From: Azolla caroliniana
Lineage: Eukaryota > Plantae > Polypodiophyta
DNA: 64,000 nt
NCBI GenBank assembly: GCA_043228905.1
Contig: JBHGNT010000018.1
Span: forward strand, 5,022,001 to 5,086,000
Reading direction: 5' to 3'
The notes beneath the pieces were generated by a model. That model was not told the DNA's origin. It made no database searches and saw only the letters and a program-made list of their open reading frames with translations. The stretch's first letter is position 1, and every line of letters starts with the position of its first letter. This document shows, piece after piece, positions 37,101-47,197 of the stretch. The translations under genes and the position numbers were made by a program.

Positions 37101-40100
37101 GTTCCGTGAGTTGCATCAAAACACTGCCGATTGCTACGTCCGACGCGTCGACGAAGACGTGAAAGCTTTTACTCCAGTCCGGCGGCTGCACCACCGGAGC
37201 TTGTGACAGCATGACCTTCAACGCTTGGTAGGCTGCCTCCTCCGTTTCTGTCCATTGGAAAGGTACTCTATGTACAGCAGCGTGCAATGGTGTCGCAAAG
37301 TCGGCAAGGTGCCGTACCATCCGACTATGCCACCTTATTTGACCAAGGAATCGGCTTAAAGCTTTTGCGCTATTCGGTGCCGGTGCGTCGAGAATTGCTT
37401 TTACCTTATCCGGATCTACCGCGATTCCTTCTCGACTCACCACGTGGCCTAACAAATTGCCGCTTGCGACTCCAAAGACGCACTTAGCCGGGTTCAGACT
37501 TAAGCGGTACTCGCGGCACTTTTCTAAGCATAGTCGTAGGTGATCGAGATGCTCTCCGTGTCGGCTGTAGACGGCGAAATCGTCTAGGAAGACCTGCATA
37601 AAACCGGGAATAAAATCACCGAAGATTTCCATAATTATCCTTTGAAATGTTGCAGGGGCTGTCTTTAATCCGAACATCATCACGACCGCGACGAACACTC
37701 CCCATTCCGTCACGAACGCTGTTTTCTCTTGGTCGGCCGGGTTCATTCGGATTTGGTTGTAGCCGCTGAATCCGTCCAGGAAGCTGTAAACTTCGTGGCC
37801 GGCCACCGCATCTAGCACTCCGTCCGTGAATGGTAGTGGAAAAGCGTCGGTCACTGTCGCGGCATTTAGTTTCCTATAGTCCACACATACCCGGATTTTG
37901 CCGTTCTTTTTCGGGACCACCACTATCGGGCTTAGCCAGGTTGCCTGCTTGACTGGTCGGATAAATCCGACCCGGAGAAGCTTGTCTATTTCCTCCTTCA
38001 CCTTTGCCGCATAGTTTGGATTCATCCGGTACCGACGTTGAGCGATGGGTTTCGCGTCAGTACTTAGATGAATTTGGTGCTGGTAGAGTTGGGGGTCCAA
38101 CCCTCGCATGTCTTCGTATGACCATGCGAACACGTCCTTGAATTCCGTTAACAGTGCTACCATTGCCTGTTTTTCCTCCTTTGGCAATTCCTTCGCGACT
38201 TTTACCGGTCGGGGTTGTTCTGTTGTGCCGAGGTCCACCTCTTCCAGCTGAGATGCTTTCACCCTTTGGGATATCGTCATTTCTCTTTCTAGGGCTTCCT
38301 GTGCTTGGCGTAGTTCCCGGATCGCCACTTTGTCCGGCTCGTCCGGCATTGTGATGTACGGCTCTACCGCTGCCGTGATATCCACCTCAAAAAGTGGGAC
38401 GATCTGTGGGTGTTCCTCGAGGTACCGATCAACTTCCTCATCCGGTAAGCCCTCCAACATGTTGATGCTTTCGGCATATAAAGGGGTTGCCTCCTTGCTA
38501 GTGAGCACCCGTGGTTGCGTGGCTACCCGTACCTTTGTTTTCCCTCGTCGGAACGTGATCATATTCTTTTGCCAGTTTTGCTTAATATGCGCCGTTCGCA
38601 GCCATGGTCGTCCTAACAGTAGGGGATATGCGCCTTGTACATTCAGCTCTAGTACCACGGCCGATATTCGGAATACGTGGCCTCCTATTGTCACTTCCAA
38701 GTCCCGGATAAGACCAGTTGGTCGGACTGAGCTTGTATCCGCCATGCGTAACCAGAAGGGGCATGGTTCCCACTCTTGGATGCCTAGGTCGTCGCATGTC
38801 TGTCGACTAATGACGTTCACCCCGGAGCCTCCGTCAATAATTGTTCCTGGAATCTCCTTTCCTTTGACGATTGTCGTGATTGCTGGGCTACTTGTATCAA
38901 CCACCGCTGGGCCTTCCTCCGGGTTGGAGAAAAATGCCGGTGCCGGCGTCGGCGTCGGTTTGCTCACGGCGGCTTGTAAGTCTGCTGTGAACCGCGGCAC
39001 CAACTGCAGTAACCGTGCCAACGGCAGCACGATCTGACAATCTTGTAGTGCTTGCCATGTCGGGTTTTCTCCTGGCTGTACGATTTCCTCCTCCCTTGGC
39101 ATATTTTGGTTTCTTACTTCCGCCGCACCTTGTTCGTTGGCTTCTTTGATCCATTGTGCCGCTTGTTTTCTGATTGCTTCCTGGGCTTCCCATTCGGCGG
39201 CTTTCCCCTTCGACCGCGTGGTAACCTGCTGTACTTCGGCTGTCACCATGTTGACTGCTGGCTGCTTGTCGGCTGTTTTGCTTGGGCATTGATTACTGTA
39301 ATGCCCTTCTTTTCGGCAGTAATAACAGTACACCCTGTGCGTGTTGCTGGATTCTCCTTTTTCCCATGTTTGGGGAAGGGGCATTCCCCGGCGGTTGTCC
39401 TCGGTTTTTCGGTTCTCCGGTGCCGCGACTGGTTTGTCATTCCTTGTTGCCTCCCGACGCTCCTCTCTACGGAAGAATCCACGCCTTTGGTTCCGTCGGA
39501 AATTCCGGTTCCCTGGCCGCCTTTCTTCTCTGCGTCGCTCATATTCCGGGGATTCGTCTCGGTCATACCGGTCCCGGGGGTAGCTATCCCTTCGGTTCTC
39601 CTCTCGGTCGTACCGGTCCCGGGGGTAGCTATCCCTTCGGTTCTCCTCTCGGTCATAGCTGTCGCGTCTTCTATCGGGGTATCTGTCGCCGCGTTCTCGT
39701 CGGTAGCGGTCGTCCCTCCGGAATCGATCCTCTTCCGGGTCCCGATTGCGCGGTTCTATGTGTCGGACCGGTGCCGCTTGTCGAGTTAACAGGTTATACT
39801 CGCATTGGTTCGTTGTGTGGGCGCGAGAATTGCATATCATGCACTGTGCGCGCAGGGTGCAGTCAACGGTCGAGTGCCCCGAATTTAGGCATGTTGTGCA
39901 TTGTAGGGCTTGTCGGAACCGGAAGTCCTCCTCCTTCGGAAGCGCCTGGTGTAACGCCCCCATCGGCAAGAAGGGGCTCGTGTTGTCCATTTCCAGGACC
40001 CGATCAATGACTTGGTCCATTGTGCTGGTGCTGAAATCGATGATTCCACACATCGCTCGAAGTGGGTCTTTTAACGCAGCCAAAAAGACTGCCTTGGCCT

Positions 40101-41136
40101 CCTCTTCGGGTGGTGCTCTTGCTAATTGACTGTGCAAGGTCTGGAAACGAATGATAAATTGTGGGACCGTCTCGTTTTCTCCCTGCCGAGTGGTGTAGAA
40201 TTGTCCGACCAATTCCCTTTGTTCCACTCGTCTATGAAACAAGCGTAAAAACTGGGTTTTCAATGCCTCGAACGTGGCGAAGCTGCCTGGTAAGTGCTTG
40301 TCGTGCCACCGGGCCGCCGGTCCTTCTAATGTCATGCCGAATTCGGCGACTTTGGATCGGTCGGCCTCGGGCTCCGTCAGTCTCTGGGACACGTGGTTGG
40401 CTTCCCATGTTCGCAGGAATGCATACACATGTGCCTCTCCGTCGGGCTCATCCCGATACTTTGGGTATGGATACGGCATCGTGTCGTCCCACTGATTCTC
40501 CTGCGCTGGTTCCTCCGATGTCGGTCTCCGCTCCTGCGGTTCCTCCGCAGGTGGTGTTGGTATCCGCTCCTGCGGTTCCTCCGCGGGTGGTGTTGATAAC
40601 CGCTCCTGCGGTTCCTCCGCAGGTGGTGTTGGTATCCGCTCCTGCGGTTCCTCCGCGGGTGGTGTTGATAACCACTCCTGCGGTTCCTCCGCGGGTGGTG
40701 TTGGTATCCGCTCCTCCCTCCTCGGCGATTGCCGGTCACCGAACTCCAGAGTTATTTCCTCCTCTGGCTCCGATGTTGCTGAGCGATCCGACTCAAAGGG
40801 GTTGTTCTCGTGGCTGTTTTTATAGCGGGATCCCACGCTTTCCCCGCTATCCGAATCCGCCTCTAATGTTGCAAATGCCGCTGCGTCCCCGTCGCCGCCA
40901 GCGAGAGTCTGTAGTAGTGTCTCCGCTTCTTGGAGGCTGGTTATGCTACTGCCTTCGTCGGAAGCTTGTAGAACCTGGAACTGCAGTGCGTTTTCTGCGA
41001 TTTGCCGAAGCGTTTTTGAGAATGACCGATCGCTCCGGATCTCGTCGACGGCTTGCTGCAGGGCTTCCCGTCGTCGCTGCCGTTCGGCGTGGCGTCTCCC
41101 TCTTTCGGTGATGTGGTCGTTATTTTGTCTAGACAT
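34168..41136 (-). CDS. Gag-Pol polyprotein (2322 aa from the first ATG): Gag, 3 CCHC knuckles, protease, RT, RNase H, integrase, and C-terminal coiled-coil/acidic extension
   Basis: IIDGGSGVN, FLDGFSGYNQI, VFLDDF, VDAS..IGSVL, HCGIAGGH..CDLCQ, WGLDFVGP, LISDQGGHF, WTGPFWI; the ORF-track start at 41220 is a non-ATG codon inside the LTR. Confidence 0.96.
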   Translation of the reverse strand: MSRQNNDHITERGRRHAERQRRREALQQAVDEIRSDRSFSKTLRQIAENALQFQVLQASDEGSSITSLQEAETLLQTLAGGDGDAAAFATLEADSDSGESVGSRYKNSHENNPFESDRSATSEPEEEITLEFGDRQSPRREERIPTPPAEEPQEWLSTPPAEEPQERIPTPPAEEPQERLSTPPAEEPQERIPTPPAEEPQERRPTSEEPAQENQWDDTMPYPYPKYRDEPDGEAHVYAFLRTWEANHVSQRLTEPEADRSKVAEFGMTLEGPAARWHDKHLPGSFATFEALKTQFLRLFHRRVEQRELVGQFYTTRQGENETVPQFIIRFQTLHSQLARAPPEEEAKAVFLAALKDPLRAMCGIIDFSTSTMDQVIDRVLEMDNTSPFLPMGALHQALPKEEDFRFRQALQCTTCLNSGHSTVDCTLRAQCMICNSRAHTTNQCEYNLLTRQAAPVRHIEPRNRDPEEDRFRRDDRYRRERGDRYPDRRRDSYDREENRRDSYPRDRYDREENRRDSYPRDRYDRDESPEYERRREERRPGNRNFRRNQRRGFFRREERREATRNDKPVAAPENRKTEDNRRGMPLPQTWEKGESSNTHRVYCYYCRKEGHYSNQCPSKTADKQPAVNMVTAEVQQVTTRSKGKAAEWEAQEAIRKQAAQWIKEANEQGAAEVRNQNMPREEEIVQPGENPTWQALQDCQIVLPLARLLQLVPRFTADLQAAVSKPTPTPAPAFFSNPEEGPAVVDTSSPAITTIVKGKEIPGTIIDGGSGVNVISRQTCDDLGIQEWEPCPFWLRMADTSSVRPTGLIRDLEVTIGGHVFRISAVVLELNVQGAYPLLLGRPWLRTAHIKQNWQKNMITFRRGKTKVRVATQPRVLTSKEATPLYAESINMLEGLPDEEVDRYLEEHPQIVPLFEVDITAAVEPYITMPDEPDKVAIRELRQAQEALEREMTISQRVKASQLEEVDLGTTEQPRPVKVAKELPKEEKQAMVALLTEFKDVFAWSYEDMRGLDPQLYQHQIHLSTDAKPIAQRRYRMNPNYAAKVKEEIDKLLRVGFIRPVKQATWLSPIVVVPKKNGKIRVCVDYRKLNAATVTDAFPLPFTDGVLDAVAGHEVYSFLDGFSGYNQIRMNPADQEKTAFVTEWGVFVAVVMMFGLKTAPATFQRIIMEIFGDFIPGFMQVFLDDFAVYSRHGEHLDHLRLCLEKCREYRLSLNPAKCVFGVASGNLLGHVVSREGIAVDPDKVKAILDAPAPNSAKALSRFLGQIRWHSRMVRHLADFATPLHAAVHRVPFQWTETEEAAYQALKVMLSQAPVVQPPDWSKSFHVFVDASDVAIGSVLMQLTEPKWYRPVYYASRKLSKAEQNYSTTEREALGMVYSVTKFRHYLLGRKFSFHVDHSALLYLVSKAALTGKLARWTLLLQEFEFDIFHRPGVQHAVADYLSRLESGESGDGVQDEFPDAELFKVTTAPVTETTVADEDKWLTEMHQFLSTGVPPENLDRDERKRMAVRSRHFCLVGDTLYHKGADGVWRRAVRSDEKDLILREAHCGIAGGHYAGETTARKIWQSGLWWPTTMRDAVKYSRECDLCQRLGQPTEQARMPHHPVLPLEPFQKWGLDFVGPFKPPAMRTGNRYIIVATDYCTKWVEAKALRDNTAASTAKFLYECIWCRYGCPIELISDQGGHFLGQVVESLTSFYAVVHKRSTPYYPQANGLAESTNKTLQNILRKIVNENRTDWDTKLQSVLWAYRTAYKTSIRTTPFRLAFGLEAVMPVEFQIPSLRIQVKERLSEKESERIRLKMLLELEENRIASLLQLELEQRRRKAFVDRHRRGNEKEFEIGKPVLLFQTRMGSMPGKLRFRWTGPFWITKEYNGSYQLGTLSGEVVGKWANGFRLKPYKGHMPANPFKQDPENPNGEEPTPTRNNDEELRQQKDRDDQLRAQANRRLKQKTEEFDRLCKDYKQATSDIKNQAATYDRQIEKLKEQLKENRLELSKAREEVSAEKTLTSEQRKEMEVLRQKVGELTKSRNEEKVKLTFEINKWRSTCDKQKVDSEAQAQLMADIIKRIRKEKQAASEQAKAGVDRIKFIMSSWSTRAQASINESTEKLWKEWAQQAAELQILRADAENRKKNGDGFYKMDEESIVNIREELSEDFYALAEEHLKEIRGLVERLDDGQLETQLELEGYEKDRLRQEAEGHTTPISISEGERPAEEDPTNNVPEEELPEQEQVDAGDDAEWRQRSTESGEERTQPVETGESDTGNGTEVEQDRPGQDTEETPVPPVQAESEQQDAKRQPIQSDVGDGTGKTTLETSERSLPDNLEED
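39563..39656 (-). repeat. 45-bp tandem duplication (YDREENRRDSYPRDR x2) in the RD/RS-rich Gag segment
   Basis: Seen in the translation. Confidence 0.85.
40500..40712 (-). repeat. 36-bp coding minisatellite (ERIPTPPAEEPQ/ERLSTPPAEEPQ x~5.5) in O2 Gag
   Basis: Seen in both DNA and translation. Confidence 0.92.
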
Positions 41137-41172
41137 CCATCCCCCGGTTGTCCTCTGCACTCTGCAGGAATC

Positions 41173-41182
41173 GTGGTCGCCA
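41173..41182 (-). promoter_or_regulatory. PBS of O2, tRNA-Arg-like
   Basis: TGGCGACCAC, 6 nt after the 5' LTR; 10-nt complement to a GTGGTCG-CCA tRNA-Arg 3' end (tRNA sequence recalled, not searched). Confidence 0.6.
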
Positions 41183-41188
41183 AAATAG

Positions 41189-41559
41189 TGTTGTATGTAT
41201 GGCTGGACTAGCCGCAACACAGGTGTCTATCCGACACTTCTCCAAAGGGGTGGTAGGGATAGGATGTTAATACACGCGTATGATAATTATACTTAAGCAC
41301 AGACGAAGACAAGATTAATCAGCATAAGCAAAACTATATTAATTCTTCGCGCTTTCATTACAAAACATCGGATCCTTTTATAGGCATCCGGCCAGATTAC
41401 AATCGGTGCTCGGTAGGCAACCGTTAACCGAAACCGAATCGGTTCGGATCCGGATCGGTTACAACTACCGGATCCGTCCCTCCTAATAATTCTATTCCTA
41501 TTTCTATATTTATCCGATCCGACCTTGCTTTCCCATTTGCCTTCTCTGACCGGCCAACA
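41189..41559 (-). repeat. 5' LTR of O2
   Basis: No differences seen from the 3' LTR. Confidence 0.97.
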
Positions 41560-42133
41560 CTCCGGCGAGAATGCGAAGGCTTTCCCATGCCGTCCGAGCA
41601 TTCTCTGAAACCTGTCCTCCTTAGCCGGCAGTAGAAAGCCACCCCCACCGACCTTGAGCTCCCGTAGCGTTACGTCGGCGAACCGGTGCCCTATGCCAGT
41701 CGGATTCCGTAAACTTGGGTCTGACGCGACCCCTTTTATCCACTCCTCGCTGCCCTCCGGCAAGGGTGCCGCGACTCGCCTCACCTTCCAATCCACAGTC
41801 TTGTACTTTGTATCCACGCAGGCCGTCCGATTCGACCTGATCCTTTCCCCGAAGTCCGCGAACTACATTCCCATCGAACTAACCGGAACGGTCCGGTCTT
41901 CTCTAAGGTCTTCATCGATCACCTTTCGCAACTCGCCTAAGGTGTCATCAAAAGAGACCGCCTCCACGATGCCACTGATTTCTTCGTCGGAGGAGAGGAC
42001 TCTGCATCCCCTGAGCTGCTCCTCCACTTGTTTCCTCTCCCAGCTGTTGACGTCAGCTATAGTACAACCTCCGTTTTCGGAGGACGAAAACTTCCTACCT
42101 ACTGTACATGTGTGGGGTTCTTCTGGTACGTCC

Positions 42134-42177
42134 GGACTACCAGGGCCCCACGCCTTGATAGCCCTCTCTAAAAATCC
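42134..42177 (-). promoter_or_regulatory. Putative -1 ribosomal frameshift signal of family A
   Basis: G GAT TTT immediately before the TAG of the gag-protease ORF, a 6-nt spacer, then an ~11-bp stem-loop; downstream pol is in the -1 frame. Confidence 0.7.
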
Positions 42178-44011
42178 CCTTGGTTGTCGCCACCGAGGGT
42201 CTCGCGATTCCTCTCATGGTTCAGACGTACGGTCATGAATTGGACAGAATGCCGACCGTCTTGGCTCTTGACGCGCGCGTACGCCGAACCGTTGTCCAGC
42301 ACCTTTGTCTCCATGCGTGCTGTCGTAATGTACGGTTCGCCGAGAATCACTGGGTGCGAGGATGTTTCCTACACGAAGTAATGTTGATCTATCTCGACGT
42401 CACCGATCTTTACACGTACATTCGGGCACGCACCATGTAGCTCCTCCGTAGCACGCGTCACCACGCGTATCTTCCACCCATGCTTGGTGTTGACCGGCCA
42501 TTTACCCTTATTGTAGAAATCCATGGACATCAGGTTGATTTCGGATCCATGGTCTACCAAGGCCACCACCAGTTCCAAAACGTCGGCAATCCGCACAAGG
42601 GTTTCCGTAGTTGCCCTGACCCAATGCGGCTTCACGTAGTGGCTTTCCTCCAACTCGTCTTCTAGCGTCGTGTCTTCTAAGTGCGTAGTCCACACCTCCA
42701 CCAGCTTCTCTGGTTCCGGCTCCGTCGAGAGCCTCTTCCGCTTCACCAAGTCTACGATGGAGTCGTGGAACTCCCTCTTGGCGATTCCCAGCACCTCCCG
42801 CAACGACAACTCCACTTTACTGTCGAGGATTCGCTCTTCAAGGACCTTCCGTAGGTCCGTTGTTCTCTCGATTTCGGTGCTCAACCGAAACCCCGCCTGC
42901 TTCTTCCCATCCGGCGCGCCTAGGTTGCCGGCACCGATCGGTTTCGGGTCTCATACCTCTGCGAGGGACCGACCCCTCCGGCCTTTCCTGCCCATTTGTC
43001 TTCCACCAGAACCTCGTAGTTCTAGCAAGCAGCTTCTACGAAGCCCGTTTTCTCTTCGACCGGATCGTCCCATCCGGTGACCTCCTGGACCCGTTGTTCC
43101 GCGCGGTCCGCCTCTTCCTTCTTCAGTCGAACTCTAGAGAGGCCTTCTAGCACTAGCGGCCAGAATCCAGAGTCCTTCGCCTTCCGGGTCTCATCACCCC
43201 TGACCCGAATTCCCGCCGACACTGAGTAGTTAACGGCTTCTACATGCCGTGTCGCGGCCTCTTCCATCAACCTCTTCATTCTGTTGCGCCCCATATTCAG
43301 TTCTAGGGCTCTCCGGGTCTCGCTCGCGTGCACCCGCCCATTCCAGAGGTACACCACGTTGGTTCTAAGTGCATCGGCGAAATCCGCGCAATCCTTCCGA
43401 ATGTGACCTGTCGCGAGGTTGTTCGCCGCTGTCTCTCCGGGCCTGTGCGATCTGCAAGTCGCGCACCATCTGTGTCAGCTCTTCCAGAGCCGCTCCTCCG
43501 GATGGGCCTTTGACCACGTCGTTCGATGCCGACCCCGACTCCAACCAAATTCGGGTCTCTTCCTTCCTACCGGTTGGCACCGATACCGGCTCCTCGAGCC
43601 TCCTCGCCGGGACCGGTCCTGACTCCGACGAGCTTTCGTCGCTCCACTCGCGCCGTTTGTCGAAACAGCTGCAGACCCATTTTACCACAGCCCAGTCTGA
43701 CGTGAGCCCTTCATCCGTCTCCAATAGGGGAGCCACCTTTTCCCTGTCGAGCGCGTCCACTGACTTCACAAATAGTAGTACTCGACTCATTTCGAGCACG
43801 GTCCGATCTAGTGTCGACAGCCGCGTGAATCGTTTTTCGAACTCCTGGAGGAGCGCCGACGTGTTCCTCCCTTTTTCGGGTCTTTCCACGCACGCCATGA
43901 AGTCCCACCTCGACAGCCGAAGCAAGTCATCAAACCCGTACTTCTCGAGGAGCTGCAGCTTGAACTCCTCCCAAGTCTGGCATCCGACCAGCACCTCGAG
44001 CACCTCCGCGT

Positions 44012-44789
44012 TGTCATGCCTTTCGGCGCCAGATCGTTTGCGTGAGTCAGGTGGGAACCACTGGGGTTATGGACTAGGAAGAGGAAGAATTTGAGGCGAT
44101 TTTAATTATGTATAGATTATTAGAAGCTTGTGAATCCCACAAGTAGAGTTGTTTTAGTTTGTCTTAATCATAGTAATAAATTGAAATAGTTTAGAATAGT
44201 TTAGAGTAGAAATAGAAAAGAGATCAAACCTTGTGAATCCCACAAGTATTACGTTAATCAATATTTATGTAAGAATATGAATTTAGATTGAAAGAGATAG
44301 ATTATATAAAACTTCGTGAATCCCACGATTATATTAATTGGTGTTTTTAGGAAATATATCCAATTTCCCAAATATTTTTCACACACCTATTACATTATGC
44401 TCCTCATCCTTATATAGTGATGAGAGAGTCTTTACAATCCATGCTTTTTCTCTAACTATAGACTCCATGCTTTTTCTGTTGATAGACTACATGCTTTCTT
44501 TAACATGCTTTTTCTAAAAGTGATCATGCGTTTTTTATTATTATCTAACTATAGCTTTTTTATCTAGAAAATATACATGAAATAAAGCTTCTATGTGGGA
44601 TGTCTATTTTTTAACACTAATGAAATGCTAGTGTAATGGTAAGGTTTCACATTATTAACATGGAGGTGCAAGGTTCGAATCTTGCCCTATGCAGGTTATA
44701 TATATTTTAATATTTTCTACTATTTATTCATATTTATTAAATCGGTACTTTATAAGTTTTTCACGTAGTGTACAAAACACACTACGACA
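44012..44789 (-). mobile_element. Solo LTR Y (A-related, AT-rich, 778 bp) in the A4 gag
   Basis: TGTCA..CGACA termini; 4-bp TSD GCGT/GCAT; U5-like motif CCCCAGTGGTTCCC shared with family A; gag reads through when Y is removed. Confidence 0.85.
44626..44688 (+). promoter_or_regulatory. tRNA-like A-box/B-box cassette in Y (antisense to the LTR)
   Basis: TAGTGTAATGGTAAG...GAGGTGCAAGGTTCGAATCT. Confidence 0.65.
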
Positions 44790-45053
44790 GCATGGATGCT
44801 CGGCGTCACCACCCGAGGGAATCCGAACAGCCGTCTGTCCACTGGGATATCCCTCATGGTCATTTCGCCCCGGTAAGCCTCCAAATAACTCGTGGGATTC
44901 TTCCCACCGAATCGGCCTATGATGGCGACAATCGATTCAATGGCTCTGTCAAGGGTACTCGTCCCCTCCCAAGTGCTCACCAGCCGGTCGACGGCTACCG
45001 CCATTGCCTCTGCTAGCTCCGATTCCCTCATATTCCGACTCCTTTGCCGCATG

Positions 45054-45071
45054 TTCACGTCGGGTTCACCA
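45054..45071 (-). promoter_or_regulatory. PBS of A4 complementary to tRNA-Trp
   Basis: TGGTGAACCCGACGTGAA, 4 nt after the LTR; complement TTCACGTCGGGTTCACCA matches the plant cytosolic tRNA-Trp 3' end as recalled. Confidence 0.8.
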
Positions 45072-45075
45072 ATTA

Positions 45076-45708
45076 TGTCGCGAAGTTTCGCGTTCGCGTG
45101 TAAGAAGAGGCGGAACCATGGGGGTCTTGGACCAAGGAGAGAGTGAGAGAGATGCAGATACACAGAAATCCGATTACTATAATTAGTAGCTTACAACTCG
45201 AATAGTTACAATCGGCAACCCGGTGATGGACCTGACACGGGGTCCTACTCATGCACACAGACGACAACCACTGGACTCAAAGAAACAAAAAAGGGGGGGG
45301 GGAGGGGAGAGAGAGACTCTGTTGGAAGCACACGGGCTGTCCGCGAACCAGAGGTAGCGAACTCTCGACACCCGTAGAGAACGACGATCGGAGGAGAGAG
45401 AGCTCGGCCCTCGGTTTTGCAGCAGCACTTTGTCCTCGCCAATGCGCGATGCCTTTTCTTCCTTCTCTCCCTCCTTAAATAGTTCGCCAAGGGGAGACCC
45501 TGCTTCCCTAGTCCAATCGCTTTATTCCCTATCCCTTTCAACAGAGATACGCACAAATCCCCTAATAAATGTGTACTACCTAGTATTTACATCAGCCGAC
45601 CTAATTATGAATTATGTACAAAATATCAATTCTCGCGTCCACCCATGTAAGAGCCGGTTCATGCCCCTTTTTCTCCGATTCCGCCTACGGCCGGTTTTCT
45701 TCACGACA
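45076..45708 (-). repeat. 5' LTR of A4
   Basis: Homologous to 30370-30822; TG..CA termini. Confidence 0.92.
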
Positions 45709-47197
45709 CCAGAAGCAATGGGATGACCATCAATATCTACTATAGATGCTGGGCAAGAAAGTTTTCTTAGGGATATCTGATGAGCTTGGGCAAAATTCTT
45801 ATCCATAAAGTAAGAGTTGGCTCCAAAATCTTAGTGTGCTAAGACATGTAATGGAGGAATACTTTTAGTACTAACCATTACTTGAGCTAAGAACACATTG
45901 TTAACTTGCTTAGAGGAAATGGAACCACTAATGGGTTGCACAGATATAGGGATGTCCAACCAAATGGCTCTTATTTTGGTTGGACTTAATCGTTTAAATC
46001 TTCTTCTAGTTGACTAAGGATTTCAAATTTGTTTGAAAGGATTGGACTATTAGTACTATTAGGACTATCAAATATTTCTACTGAAATAGACTCAGGTTTA
46101 GTACAATTAGAACTAGCGACTATTTGGTTTACCTGTCTTCTTGGCCTATGGGGATAGTTCACTACAATATGCCCCGGTCCACCAAAATAGAGACAGAGTC
46201 AATTTGCTCGGCATCACTGCTTTTCCTCTTTCGATAATAGTTCGCGATGACGTGTGGTATCGATTTCCATCGGAGTTGGAGTATTTGTTGGAGACACATT
46301 ATATGACTCCCTTGGAAAAGGTTTTGCTACAACTTAGACGTAGGTGGACTCTGATCTTGTCCTTCGAATCTAGAACTGAGGTTTCGAACGTCGTTCGAAA
46401 AGGTAGTTATCGCATCGCACCGCGCGACTAATTGCTTTTGTCAATGACTTTGGCTCTTCGGGGAAAGTTAAGAGTAAATCCTTGACATCATTACATAGGC
46501 CAAAATGAAATTGCTCCATTAATGCCTGGTCATCATAGGGAATATCCGTGGGGAGAAGACGGAAATCTACAACATAAGCTGAGGTCGGCCGCTCACCTTG
46601 GCGCAATCTTCGGATTTTGTTGATTGTCGTCCGAACACAGTCAGTATCTCCAAAACTAGCTTTAAACTCGCTAATAAACTCTTCGAAATTATTTAACAAG
46701 GGAGAATTTTTTTCTAAGAGGGGGGCGTACCATGCCAAAGCCGTGCCACTAAGTAGCGTGCCTACTAGTCCCACTTGTGATGCATCGGTGGGATATCAAG
46801 AAGGATGCATTTGAATCACTAAGCGTACCTGATTACGAAAACCTCTAAACTGTGATCGGGTCCTATCAAATTTCATAGGAAGTTCGATCTTGGGTTCTTT
46901 GTGAGTCCCTTGAGCGCTTGATCCTTGTTGTTGTAGTGATACAATAGTCGCTTCAAGTTGTTGTACACATAAGTTAGCTCCCCGTGTTGTTGTTGTTTTT
47001 CTAAAGCTATTTGTTGAAGATCCCCCAACAAATGGTGATTTTCTTGTTCTAGTGCTACAAACTTCTCTTTTAAGCACTGAAGCTCCGAGAAAATAGATTG
47101 GTATTCCTGAGCGCTAACAGTTTCCATTTTACTGAGGATAAGAGGATTAGTATGAAAGGAATGAGGGGTAAGAGGATGAGTGAAAATCGGTTCAAAC

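Larger units (their letters stand above)
33747..41559 (-). mobile_element. Intact, very young Athila-like Gypsy element O2 (7813 bp)
   Basis: 371-bp LTRs that appear identical (33747-34117, 41189-41559); perfect 5-bp TSD CTCCG; uninterrupted ORF; PBS TGGCGACCAC. Confidence 0.97.
30370..45708 (-). mobile_element. Full-length degenerate family A copy A4, hosting O2 and solo LTR Y
   Basis: LTRs 30370-30822 (internally deleted) and 45076-45708; PBS 45054-45071; gag, protease, RT, RNase H, integrase; degenerate 4-bp TSD CAGG/CCAG. Confidence 0.92.

Noticed and set aside
40500-40712. CRISPR-like array of ~36-bp repeats
   Set aside because: Head-to-tail coding minisatellite with no unique spacers, inside Gag, in a eukaryotic context.
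34083-41188. Many plus-strand ORFs antisense to O2 (e.g. 40161-41111, 39052-39789, 38330-39037)
   Set aside because: Shadow frames of a GC-rich coding strand with no recognisable motifs.
41137-41220. N-terminal 28 aa of the 2350-aa ORF
   Set aside because: Starts at a non-ATG codon inside the LTR and crosses the PBS; the first ATG is at 41136.
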